64,000 nt of DNA from positions 150,536,001 to 150,600,000 of the forward strand of contig OX597814.1 in assembly GCA_951406725.2 (NCBI GenBank), read 5' to 3'. The first letter of the stretch is position 1; every line of letters starts with the position of its first letter. This stretch comes from Octopus vulgaris. Its lineage: Eukaryota. Shown here one piece after another: positions 51,634 through 64,000 of the stretch. Below the pieces are notes generated by a model. It was not told the DNA's origin and ran no database searches. It worked only from the letters and a program-made list of their open reading frames with translations. The translations under genes and the position numbers were made by a program.

Positions 51634-52164
51634 ATATCTACCAATCTATCGCTTTTCATTTGTTTATTACCGTTTCTCACCTTGTCTTTATCTCACCATA
51701 GGTCTGGTCTTTTCCACTAATTTCTCTTCCCTTTCATTTTGTCTTTCTCTCTTAATGTCTTTTCTACCTTTCTTTTTTCTTAATTTTTTCATCTTTCAAA
51801 CAAACTTTATTTATTACTTTCTTTTGTCTCTCATCCTTTTCTTTTTTCACTCTTTTTCATTTTGTTCTTATATTTTATCCTTTATTTCATTTTTTCTTAC
51901 TATTTTCCCTTCTTGCTTAGTTTTCTCCATTTCCTCTGTCTTTCATTCTATCAATTTATCTATTCTCTCTCTTTCTGCCTATTTATCTCCCCCTCACTCC
52001 TTTACTCTCATTTTCTTTCTCTCTATGATGATATATATGTATATAATTATTTTCACATTCTCTCTCTCCATCCATCCATCCAGCCAGCCAGCCAACCGCC
52101 CAACCATCCATCCATCCACCCATCCATCCACCCAACCATCCATCCATCCATCCATCCATCCATC

Positions 52165-52223
<59 letters not shown>

Positions 52224-53562
52224 GTCTCAGTATCCATTTATTAATCTATTTCTTTATCTATCGTTATTTTCTTTTTTTTTTTCTTTCTATTTTTACTTCA
52301 GCGATATTTCATTTCTTTCCTTCTCTCATTCCATCTTTGTTTTATTATTTACTATATTTCTACTTAAGGTGGCAAAACTGGTAGAACCGTTAGCACGTCG
52401 GATAAAATGCTTTGCAGTATTTCGTCCGTCTTTACGTTCTGAGTTCAAATTCCGCCGAGGTCGACTTTGGCTTCCATCCATCCTGGGAGGATAAAATAAG
52501 CACCAATTAAACTCTGGAACTTCGATATAATCGACTTCAACCCTGCTTCGAAATTACTGGCTTTGTGCCAAAGTTTGAAACGTCCCATCATTATATCTCT
52601 GCCTGCCTCTTCTCTTTCTCTCTTTCTTTCTTTCTTTCTCACCCTCACCATAACTCTATAGGCACTTTCTTTCCTTCCTTCATTTTATTTGTTTTTTAAT
52701 TAGGTATTTATCTCTTTCCTTCTTCGCTTCCGTATGTTATTTCATTCTTTTCACCTGTTCTTTCTTTTATTGAAAATTATCTGTCTTTGACTTCTGGACT
52801 TATATATATATTTTCCTTCCTTCCGTCTTTCTTTCTTCCTTCCGGTTTTTTCTCTTTCTTCTTTTGTTCAGTCCATTTCTACTTTATTCTTGCCTTATTA
52901 CCTCATTTCATTTTTCTCTTCCTTTTATGGCTTCTGATATTACCTCCTGTCCTTCCTTAATTACATTATTCCTTCTTTTCTTTGTCTTTCTTTGTTTGTT
53001 CTTTTCGAACCTTATGAATTCCAGATACCAATAAGTTCTCACCATCACCACCACCACCACAACCACCACCACCACCACTACCACCACCACCACCACCACC
53101 ACCACCACCACCACCACCACCATCACCACCACCACCACAACCACCACCACTATCTTTAACTCCACTATCTGTTCTAACTTTACCATTTAAACCAACTACA
53201 ACGCCTGCACTACTTTCTTCCTCAGTGTATCACTACTTCCTTCCTCAGTCTATTACCTCCAAATCGTTCCATCATTACCATCAATGTTACCTTCAACCAC
53301 AATATCACCATGCTATCACCAGCATCAACTACCCTTCATCACTGTTAGTACTAACCACACCATCATCGATACCACCCATAACTTCATCATCACCTACGAC
53401 ATCATTTTCTGTAGTTACTATATTATCAGTAGTACCAACTTTATCATTACTGCCAGCAACTATACCATCATGAACACTAACCATAACATCGTCACTACCA
53501 ACGAAATAATCCTTTCCGATTACCGTATGATCATATCTCCCTCAAAATCACTCACTGATTTG

Positions 53563-53930
53563 AGGGAGTGGCTGTGTGGTAAGTAGCTTGCTTACGAACC
53601 ACATGGTTCCAGATTCAGTCCCATTACGTGGCAACTTGGGCAAGTGCCTTCTCCTATAGCCTCGGGCCGACCAAAGCCTTGTGAGTGGATTTGGCAGACG
53701 GAAACTGAAAGAAGCCCGTCGTATATATGTATATATATAAGTACGTGTGTATATATGTTTGTGTGTCTGTATTGCCCCACTCCCAACATCGCTTGACAAC
53801 CGATGCTGGTGTCTTTACGTCCCCGTAACTTAGCGGTTCGGTAAAAGCGACCGATAGAACAAGTACTAGGTTTACAAAGAATAAGTCCTGGTGTCGATTT
53901 GCTCGACTAAAGGCGGTGCTCCAGCATGAC
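53563..53930 (+). mobile_element. SINE-B copy, near full length
   Basis: A-box TGGCTGTGTGG, B-box-like GATTCAGTCCC, CORE-like box, internal (TA/TG)n and CR1-type tail. Confidence 0.9.
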
Positions 53931-55213
53931 GTAGCCTTGGAAGCTCTGTACCTGACTTACAACGTTGTGCCCTTATAGTGTTATGTTCGATTAAGGTTGA
54001 TATGAGGCTCAAAGCAGTAAAAATATTACACCTCTCTAATACTCCTTAAACAACGCTAGAACCACAGGAATACTAAATGCCATTCAACTCACACTCTGCT
54101 GTCTTATAAAAGCAGAACCGTTGGGCAAATGCGGGATGGTCTCGGACTGACCATTTTGACCTAATATGTATTCGATAAACGCTGGCCTAGGAATATACAG
54201 CATCATCAACAACAGCAGCAGTGAGCCATCATCATCATAAATTCCTGCTGTAGTAGGACTGCAACCACTCCATTTACGAACATCAACGCGAGCCTTCGTA
54301 AGCTGGGGCTAGATTAAAGTGCATCGACGCTTATGGGCAACTATTGTACACTCTAGGCTCTTTTGAAGTCTAAATGACAAAACAATTAAATTCAGTCATA
54401 ATAATATTGAGACGTCATAATTAAAAATTTAGTTTCTACCCACAACTATCTTAATTATGAAATGTCTCTTTTTCTTTATTTCTTCTTTGAAGTTTGTTCG
54501 TCGAATACTAAATAGCACTAATGAATATCAGCAAAATATTTACCTGTAACTAGGGTGAGCGAAAAAAAATCTTTCCATCACTTAATTTTTTATACATTAT
54601 AAGGTCCTTTTAAAATGTATGTTTAGTTTCTTTGCAAGAAAATTACCTTGCTAGAAATGTATTCTCTTTCATCTTCGTACATTAATTAAATAACAGACAC
54701 CACATTCATTTTTAATTCAAAATTCAATTACTTTCATCTATTATAATTAGTTTCTTAGTATTTGCAAACAGAACTATTTTGACATTTCGGGTTTCATCAG
54801 CGCAAAGTGTTTTCGAAGTACATTAAGTATATCATATTTAGTAAGTTGAAAAAAAAATTGCTAATATTTACCATTTGCACTCTGGTAAATTAGCCACTGA
54901 AAAATGAAACGGGTTCTGTTGCATTCTCTGATTCTGATGACAGGCCCCGTACTTATTTTGTTTCATGGCTAATCTGATCTTTCCACCTGTACATCTGAAT
55001 CGCTACCACTATCACCGTAGGCAGAGGGCTGCAATAGCAGCAGAATCACAGCAATCATTAAAGAACCATCTTGTCTAACCTAAGCATCATCATCATCATC
55101 GTCGTCGTCGTCGTCATCAACATCAACATCATCCTCCTCCTCATCATCATCATGGACACCATCATCATGGACATCATCATCATCATCATCACCAGTAGAA
55201 CTTGGATAACAAC

Positions 55214-55444
55214 ATATTTCTTTACTACCCACAACGGGCTAAACAGAGAGGAGACAAACAAGGACAGACAAACGGATTAAATCGATTACATCGACCCCAG
55301 TGCGTAACTGGTACTTAATTTATCGACCCCGAAAGGATGAAAGGCAAAGTCGACCTCGGCGGAATTTGAACTCACAACGTAACGGCAGACGAAGTACCGC
55401 TAAGCATTTCACCCGGCGTGCTAACGTTTCTGCCAGCTCGCCGC
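55214..55444 (-). mobile_element. SINE-A (tail 1), full length, with a 13-bp TSD
   Basis: CTTGGATAACAAC at 55201-55213 and 55445-55457. Confidence 0.9.
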
Positions 55445-55909
55445 CTTGGATAACAACCATCACCATTTCAGATTGAAACAAGCCAACAACAAGGGGACCC
55501 CAGCATGATCATTCGTTCTGTTTAAAATAACAGCCAATTCTCCTCAAATCATGACTTCGACACATCTCCGCAATTCGCCCAGATTCTTCGGTGTCTCCTA
55601 CTGGAAACGTTAAGCAATTTGATCTAGATACCTCTATCAAGCAGCAAGCAATCCTTATTTACATATACATATATGATATGTGTAGGAGGGTTGTGTGTTT
55701 ATTGTGTGTGTGTGTGTGCGTAGATAATGTGTTGATGTATCTTAGAATAAAGTAAGAAAAAAGGATAATGCTGCTATTTAGGGAAGACAAGAGGATAAAA
55801 ATAATAAAACAAAAGAGAAAGGAATAAGATAAGATAAAATGAAATAACAATAAACGGTAGAAAAATATCAGAAGAAATAGGGGTGTTTAATTTTCTATAA
55901 AATGTTTAT

Positions 55910-56305
55910 TTACTTGTTTCAGTCATTTGACTGCGGCCATGCTGGAGCACCGCCTTTAGTCGAGCAAATCAACCCCAGGACTTATTCTTTGTAAGCCTAA
56001 TACTTTTGCCGAACCGCTAAGTTACGGGGACATGAACAAACCAGCATCGGTTGTTAAGCGATGTTGGGGAGGGACAAACACAGACACACAAACATATATA
56101 TACACATATATACGACGGGCTTCTTTCAGTTTCCATCTACCAAATCCACTCACAAGGCTTTAGTCGGCCTGAGGCTATAGTAAAAAACACTTGCCCAAGG
56201 TGCCATGCAGTGGGACTGAACCCGAAACCATGTGGTTGGTAAGCAATCTACTTACCACACAGCCACGCCTACGCCTTTTATATCCGCTGTTTGCGGATAT
56301 AAAAG

Positions 56306-56342
<37 letters not shown>

Positions 56343-56378
56343 GGACGGACGGACGGACGGACAGTAGACAGACAGACA

Positions 56379-56411
<33 letters not shown>

Positions 56412-56425
56412 ATATATATATATAT

Positions 56426-56472
<47 letters not shown>

Positions 56473-57223
56473 TGTTTCTTTATTAGCCAGACAGGGCCGA
56501 ACACAGAGGGGTCAAAATACAATGTAGAGCTTTTCTTTTTGAAAAAAGAAAAAAGGAGAAAAATAGGAGAAAAATAAAATTTCGATCAAAAGTGATCGGG
56601 GGAAAAAAGCATGCGCCGATCGAAAGGTATCGTGTATCACAGAAAATATTATAAATGTTACAAAAAGGAAAAACAGATTAGGTTTATCCGTGGAAAAAAA
56701 AGGATACGTAAAAGACCACGTTAACCTAAGGGAATAATATCCTACAAAAACACATTACTGTAAGTGATTCTGGTTCCTAGGATTATGCTCAAGGTGACTC
56801 CGTCATTCACACGTACCATCCTTGCTACATTCACCCATTTTTATTGAAACATTTGCTAGACAAAGGTTCCCTCTCTACTCTTTTACTCTTTTACTTGTTT
56901 CAGTCATTTGACTGCGGCCATGCTGGAGCACCGCCTTTTAGTCGAGCAAATCGACCCCGGGACTTATTCTTTGCAAGCCCAGTACTTATTCTATCGGTCT
57001 CTTTTGCCGAACCGCTAAGTGACGGAGACGTAAACTCACCAGCATCGGTTGTCAAGCAATGCTAGGGGGACAAACACAGACACACAAACACACATACACA
57101 CACACATATATATATATATATACATATATACGACAGGCTTCTTTCAGTTTTCGTCTACCAAATCCACTCACAAGGCATTGGTCGGCCCGGGACTATAGCA
57201 GAAGACACTTGCCCAAGATGCCA
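55910..57223 (-). mobile_element. Two SINE-B copies (55910-56275, 56875-57223) flanking a LINE-like tail (56472-56730)
   Basis: Match to the other SINE-B copies and to 51470-51570. Confidence 0.85.
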
Positions 57224-57414
57224 TGCTACTCTCACCTTCCTTTAGATACATCGATAGCTGGATAGACAGATAACTTTGAGCTGCAGTCCTTGTGACGGGC
57301 TTCCACAGTTCAATCCATTTTTTTCACAAGATTCAAATAATTTCATGGCTATGATAAAAGACACTATTAGGAGCCACACAGTGAGACCGAATTTAAGACG
57401 CAATAATGTATGTA

Positions 57415-57458
<44 letters not shown>

Positions 57459-58070
57459 AAATAAGAAAATGGAGAAATACATCTAAATCATTTATCAACT
57501 ACCAGAAAATACCCAATCATATACTTTATTAAACAACTACATAAAAACATTAGGGTTAAACATAAAAAATATATAACAAAACAGTGTACATGAATGAGTA
57601 ATACAATACAATAAGTACAATCATTATAAGAAGGTATAAATAAATAAATATAAATAGATATAAATATAAATACACAGTATATCTTACAGCTGTTTCGGCC
57701 ATGCATGGGATGGGATATCATGCATGCATATGTGAATAAAATACGTAAGAAAGATGTCCAGGTGCCAGTGCATTACGGCCGTTTAAAGCGGTTTCATTTA
57801 TTCGATCAATGAAAACATTGCATTAATTTGAAATAAACCGCACTCCTCGGTTGTAGAAGACCATGTAGTTTTGGAAATGCATATGGTTGTCTGCGTCCGG
57901 ACTATACCGAACTGGCTTGGTGCCTCAATTTAAGTAGCCAACACGACTGAATTTTAATTATTTCCTTTATATATATATATGTATTGGCCTGCTCGCTTAA
58001 CCAGCGGGGTGGCATCATTTGAAGGCTAAAACAATGCGAAGCGCATTGTGACCAGCGATGTGTAGCAACA

Positions 58071-58109
<39 letters not shown>

Positions 58110-58143
58110 TACATACATATGTATCATGTATACATACATACAC

Positions 58144-58177
<34 letters not shown>

Positions 58178-58469
58178 CTGTGTGTACGTATGTACGTGTT
58201 TATGTTTTATTATTTTCCTTTACCTATTTCAGTCATTTTGACTGGGCCATGCTGGAGCACTGCCTTGAAGGATTTTAGTCGAACAAAGGGTCCGCAGGAC
58301 TTATTTTTCTTAAGCCTAGTACTTATACTATCGCTCATTTTTGCTGAACTGCTAAGTTACGAGAACGTAAACACACCAACACCGATTATCAAGCGATGAT
58401 GGTGGAACAAACACCGACACAAAGGCACACATATATACGTACATATATACATATATGTGTGTGCATGTC

Positions 58470-58508
<39 letters not shown>

Positions 58509-58780
58509 ATGCAAGATTTCTTTGAATGAACAGCACATGGATTTAGTATCTGTACATTATACTTTTGTCATAATAAAATATAAACTCCTATCGGAATTTA
58601 CATACCATGGACAAGAAGCCTCTTTACACAAAACATTCCTTGGATAATGGAACAGTAGCTTTAACATTCAACGTATTTCTTAATTCTCATATTTCTCTTT
58701 ATACATCCTATATCTCTCCCTTTCTAAAATAACTTCTCATATTGAACTCTACTATTTCCTTCCATTTAACGCTCTCATAT

Positions 58781-58830
58781 CGACTCTGATGATGGGATAT
58801 CTTTTTTATCCCTGAAACAGCTGTAAGACT
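58781..58830 (+). ncRNA. Minimal type-I hammerhead ribozyme motif with a canonical core
   Basis: GACT-CTGATGA-T-GGGATA [7 nt] TATCCC-T-GAAA-CAGCTG-TA-AGAC. Palindromic stem III ACAGCTGT and GUA cleavage triplet; stem I has one mismatch. Confidence 0.65.
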
Positions 58831-60261
58831 ATCATTCTCTTTACTTGGCTTTGTTGTCTCATTTTATTTAACACTCACACACACACACACGGACACGCAC
58901 ACACTCACACACACACATATTCACACAACGGGTTTCTTTCAGTTTCCGTCTACCAAATCGACTCACAAGGTTGACTATACGCTTACCCAAGGTGGCACGC
59001 AGAGGGACTGAACCTGAAACCATGTGGTTGGGAAGAGAGCTTACTACACAGCCATGTCTGTGCCTGTTTGTATGCAAATATTTAATTTTCTATTAAAATT
59101 CTCATGTTGGTCTCACAATTAGCAGCTATTTGCAAAACGTTTATCGTAGTTGACCATGTTATGAGTTTCTGTGAATACCTCTGATTCCAGATCTGTTAAA
59201 CTTTGACTTGTCTTGGACTAAACAATTAATGGCATCATCTACCTTTCCTCTACCACCACAAATAACTTTGAAACGATACTGGTAACTCTACTGTCCTCTT
59301 CCTTCCCACAAAACACCACCACCAATTACCATCGACCCAACCAAGGATCTTCTTCGTGGTCACTCGACTTGCAAAATACACAAAATCTCCCTAAAATACA
59401 ACTAAATCTCCCTAAAATCGCACACTACTATTTTAGAAAATAAAAAGGGGTGCTCCAGCATGGCTGCTTTTCATCATTAGAAACAAGTAAATAGTAAGAT
59501 AATTCATCTTTAACGTTTGATCTCGAAGTAGATTAAGCCTTTTTAATCTATCTAAAGGATTTACAAATCCAATATCCAAACGCTAATATGTATAGCTTTA
59601 TCTAGTCCGAGTTCACCCTTTAATTCTCGTTCTTCCGAAGTTTCTAAATACTTATGGTGAAAGTAAATTAGCAACAGAAAAGTTATCCTAGGCTTCCTAC
59701 ATATAAGAAATATATGGGCTGATTACTGTTGGAATGTTTACGTATATAGGTTTGTTCGATTAGGACTGATTCGGTACAGAGCAAAACCAACAGGCATTCC
59801 GGTTATTCTAGCCATCACCACATAGATAATCACAACAGACATGGCTACGATCTTTACAATCATTATTCAAATCACAAACTGTTGCTGTCACTCATGAAAT
59901 CGATTATAGTTTGTTAGTATGTACCATGCTTCTGCCTATTGTTTTATGTGCGAATGTAGTCACAAGCCGACATAGAGGCACCATTCTCAGTATTCCTATC
60001 TCGGGGCCCAGCAGACTATGGAAGACGAAACGGCTGAAGGGAAACAGGGCTGGTCCAGCACTCGGCTGGAATACATTTTCATCAGCATAAAATAAATTGC
60101 CTTGCTGAAGAGTATGACGAACAGCCCGGCCCATGGATCGAACTTATGATCGTGAAACCAACACTCTAACCGCTAGGCTAACGATATAACAATCACTGTT
60201 AAAAGTACTAACACTACTATGAAGACTTCCATCAGTTTTAAACCGCCGGAATAATAGTACC

Positions 60262-60490
60262 TATTTCTTTATTACCCACAAGGGGCTAAACATAGAGGAG
60301 ACAAACATGGACAGACATAGGTATTAAGTCGATTATATCGACCCCAGTGCTTAACTGGTACTTAATTTATCGACCCCGAAAGGATGAAAGGCAAAGTCGA
60401 CCTCGGCAGAATTTGAACTCACAACGTAACGGCAGCCGAAATACCGCTAAGCATTTCGCCCGACGTGCTAACGATTCTGCTAGCTCGCCG
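60262..60490 (-). mobile_element. SINE-A (tail 1), full length, with a 12-bp TSD
   Basis: AATAATAGTACC on both sides. Confidence 0.9.
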
Positions 60491-60939
60491 TAATAATAGT
60501 ACCGTCGCCGACATCGGCGCTAGTGCCGCCATACTACCACCACTAGTAACAACACCAACACCATCGCCATCACCACCATCTCCACCGCTGGTTACCACCA
60601 CTGCTTCCGTCACCGCCTCCACCATCACGACGAAAGCAGCACCATCATCCTCCAAATGCCAGCTTCTCTGCCATACCCACCACCTCACATCCTCCGCCAC
60701 TACCATTACTCTAACACATCATCAATCAACACACTTGCTACTGCTGCCGTTGCTGCTGTCGTTGCTGCACTAGCTGCTGCTGCAACTGTTGCTGTCATGA
60801 CACATGTTATAAAGCGCTGCTGTATTTACATTCGGCTCCAGTCCATTCCACGATAGCACATGTAAAAACTTACCTCTGTTTTCCTTCTATTCACTTCCAC
60901 ATTCATGTGGTTGCTCTTGTAGCCAATATTCTTTTTTCT

Positions 60940-60967
60940 GTTGCTGCTGCTGCTGCTACATCTGTTA

Positions 60968-61005
<38 letters not shown>

Positions 61006-61143
61006 CCTTCTTCTTCTTCTTCTTCTTCTTCTTCTTCTTCTTCTTCTTCTTCTTCTTCTTCTTCTTCTTCTTCTTCTACTACTACTTCTGGGTTTTTTTG
61101 CTGTTACTGCTGCTGCCACTATTTACCCATACTTCATCTTTCT

Positions 61144-61177
<34 letters not shown>

Positions 61178-61262
61178 CACTAATAATAATAATAATAATA
61201 ACACCAATAATAAATATAATAACAAACAACAACAACAACTACTACGACTACTACTACGATTA
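60940..61262 (+). repeat. Compound trinucleotide microsatellite (GCT)(TTG)(TTC)(CTA)(TAA)(CAA)
   Basis: Direct observation. Confidence 0.95.
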
Positions 61263-61611
61263 CTATTCATTCTTCTATTCATTATTGTTAGGAAGTTGGC
61301 GAGCTGGCAGAATCGTTTGTGCGCTAGACAGAATGCTTAGCAGCATTCCATCCGTCATTAATTTCTGAATTCAAATTCCAGCGAGGTCGACGTTACCATT
61401 TATCCTTTACGAGTCGATAAAATAAGTGGCAGTTGGGTATTGAGGTCGACGTAGTCATTATCTTTACAGTGAGCTTTCGAGCTTTGCTTTAATTTCGTTT
61501 TTAGTTGTCCTTCCTCCACCCACCCAAAAAGTCATCTCAATCTACGTTATGTAGAAACACACACACACACACGTGCATGTATACATGCATACATGCATAT
61601 ATATATATATG

Positions 61612-61654
<43 letters not shown>

Positions 61655-61656
<2 letters not shown>

Positions 61657-62206
61657 TCTTTTACTATTTTACTTGTTTCAGTCATTTGACTGCGGCCATG
61701 CTGGAGCACCACCTTTTAAGCCGAGCAAATCGACCCCAGGACTTATTCTTTGTAAGCCTAGTACTTATTCTATCGGTCTCTTTTGCCGAACCGCTAAGTT
61801 TCGGGGACGTAAACACACCAGCATCGGTTGTCAAGCGATGTTGGGGGGACAAACACAGACACACAAACATATACACATACACATACATATATATATATAC
61901 GACGGGCTTTTTTCAGTTTCCGTCTACCAAATCAACTCACAAAAAGACACTTGCCCAAGGTGCCATATATATACATATGAGTGTATGTATACGTGCATCA
62001 ATGTGTATATGCATAAGTGTATGAATATATGTGTATGCATATATATATATATGTATGTGTGTGTGTGTGTGTGTGCAAGTATGTATGTATATTTTTATAT
62101 ATAACTTTATATACTCATTAATCGGTGAACATTTATAATTTGGCACACAATGACTGCGTAGTGTATGCCTATATATCTGTATGTGGGTAATGTGAGTGTA
62201 TGTGGG

Positions 62207-62240
<34 letters not shown>

Positions 62241-62809
62241 AGTGTATGTGGGTATATGTGTGTGTGTGTAAAATATATGTGCTTGTGCGTGAGAGAGAGA
62301 AAGAGAGTATTATGTGTCTATGTGCGCGCGTGATGCATGTGTATTTCCCTGTGTACACCGGCAGAAACTTACATATATGCATAGATAGGATTTCAAAATT
62401 TCCTTAGCGACATAAAAGAGGCAAAATTAAACTGTTCATAATAGTGTTTATTACTTATTGAATTGTACTGTCTTGCAAAATTGTTGATGACTTCGAAGTT
62501 CCGCCGCTGTGGGATAAGCCCACAAATAGTCTAGAATTGACAGTGTATAAATATTTACATACATACATACATATATATGTATATGCGAGTGTATATGTTT
62601 GTGTGTCTGTGTTTGTTCCCCCAACATCACTTGACAACCGATGGTGGTGTGTTTACGTCTCCGTAACTTAGCGATTCGGTAAAATATTTCGATAGAATAA
62701 GTACTAGGCTTACAAAGAATCAGTCCTTGGGTCAATTTTCTCGACTAAAGGCGGTGCTCCATAACTGAAACAAGTTAAAGAGTAAAAGAGTAATATATAC
62801 ATACATAAA

Positions 62810-62856
<47 letters not shown>

Positions 62857-63035
62857 ATATATATATATGTGTGTGTATACATATATGTGTATATAAAATA
62901 ATCAGATAGGAGAAGGGAAATGAGAAATTAGATGCTTATTTCACTAGTTGACAGCTGTTTCATAATCTATATTAGTTACATAATCGATATAGACACATAT
63001 AAACACACTCAGATGTTTATATCTATCTACCCATC

Positions 63036-63096
<61 letters not shown>

Positions 63097-63097
63097 G

Positions 63098-63131
<34 letters not shown>

Positions 63132-63133
63132 CC

Positions 63134-63164
<31 letters not shown>

Positions 63165-63512
63165 TATATAATCTTGGGCAAGTGCTGTGTGGTAAGTAGC
63201 TTGGGCTAACCAACCACATGTGTTCTGGGTTCAGTCCCACTGCATGTCATCTTGGGCAAGTGCCTTCTGCCTGTGTATATATGTATATATATATATATGT
63301 ATGTGTGTATATGTTTGTGTGTCTGTGTTTGTCCTCCCTAGCATTGCTTGACAACCGATGCTGGTGTGTTTACGTCACCGTCACTCTAGCAGTTCAGCAA
63401 AAAGAGACTGATAGAATAAGTACTGGGCTTAGAAAGAATAAGTCCCGGGGTCGATTTGCTCGACTAAAGGCGGTGCTCCAGCATGGCCGCAGTCAAATGA
63501 CTGAAACAAGTA
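61655..63512. mobile_element. SINE-B copies at 61655-61965 (-), 62590-62790 (+) and 63185-63512 (+)
   Basis: Match to the SINE-B body and tail. Confidence 0.85.
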
Positions 63513-63603
63513 ATATGTAATATATATATATATATATACATACACATAGATAGAGAGAGAAGAGAGAAGAGACAGACAGACTGACCAGAATTTTCCGACT
63601 AAT

Positions 63604-63646
<43 letters not shown>

Positions 63647-63734
63647 TCGTGAGTTTTCTCGTTAAAAAACCTGAATTTCCGAATCTAAATAAGTAAACGC
63701 TGCTAAGTATTGCATGTGTAAATGAGTGAGAAAA

Positions 63735-63767
<33 letters not shown>

Positions 63768-64000
63768 GTGCATGTGTATATGTGTGTATCTGTGTCTGTA
63801 AGTATCTTTGAGTCTAATGTGAGAGTATATTACATTCACATTACATTTATATTACATTTAAGTGTGTTGTATCTATCTATCTTTTCGCCTTCCTTCTTGT
63901 GCTCGCGGTCATGCGTGTTTATGTAACGAAATGCTTGTCTGACTGTGCTATATATATTTTAGTTGGCGGAAATAAATGCTCGTTCATGGTCTCGTATTTA

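Noticed and set aside
54778-54805. Minus-strand CTGATGA-aaccc-GAAA
   Set aside because: There is no stem II and stem I is weak.

Overview
AT-rich eukaryotic (metazoan) genomic DNA made mostly of repeats. The SINE families, microsatellite load and LINE content resemble an Octopus/coleoid cephalopod genome; this taxon call is inferred from recalled repeat consensus and was not verified. I recognise no intact host gene, and most ORFs in the track are microsatellite artefacts. DNA transposons: an intron-containing Tc1 (DD34E-like) relic, a complete Chapaev3-like element with TTA target-site duplications (TSDs), mariner and maT-like fragments, a Helitron relic and MITEs, one carrying TTAGGG repeats. 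Retroelements: Penelope-like elements (PLEs) including a 296-aa GIY-YIG ORF, with four minimal hammerhead-ribozyme motifs; CR1, RTE and R4/Dong LINE fragments; ORF1-only gag-like elements; and three well-defined tRNA-derived SINE families plus one old SINE-like family. The most notable pattern is a retroposon network linked by shared 3' ends. SINE-B carries the CR1 tail, including a covarying stem-loop. SINE-A carries one of two alternative tails; one is shared with the ORF1-only elements and forms tandem arrays at fixed junctions. The RLE-type LINEs sit in specific microsatellites. A few isolated candidate host exons are noted at low confidence. Family names come from recalled motifs and no searches were run.
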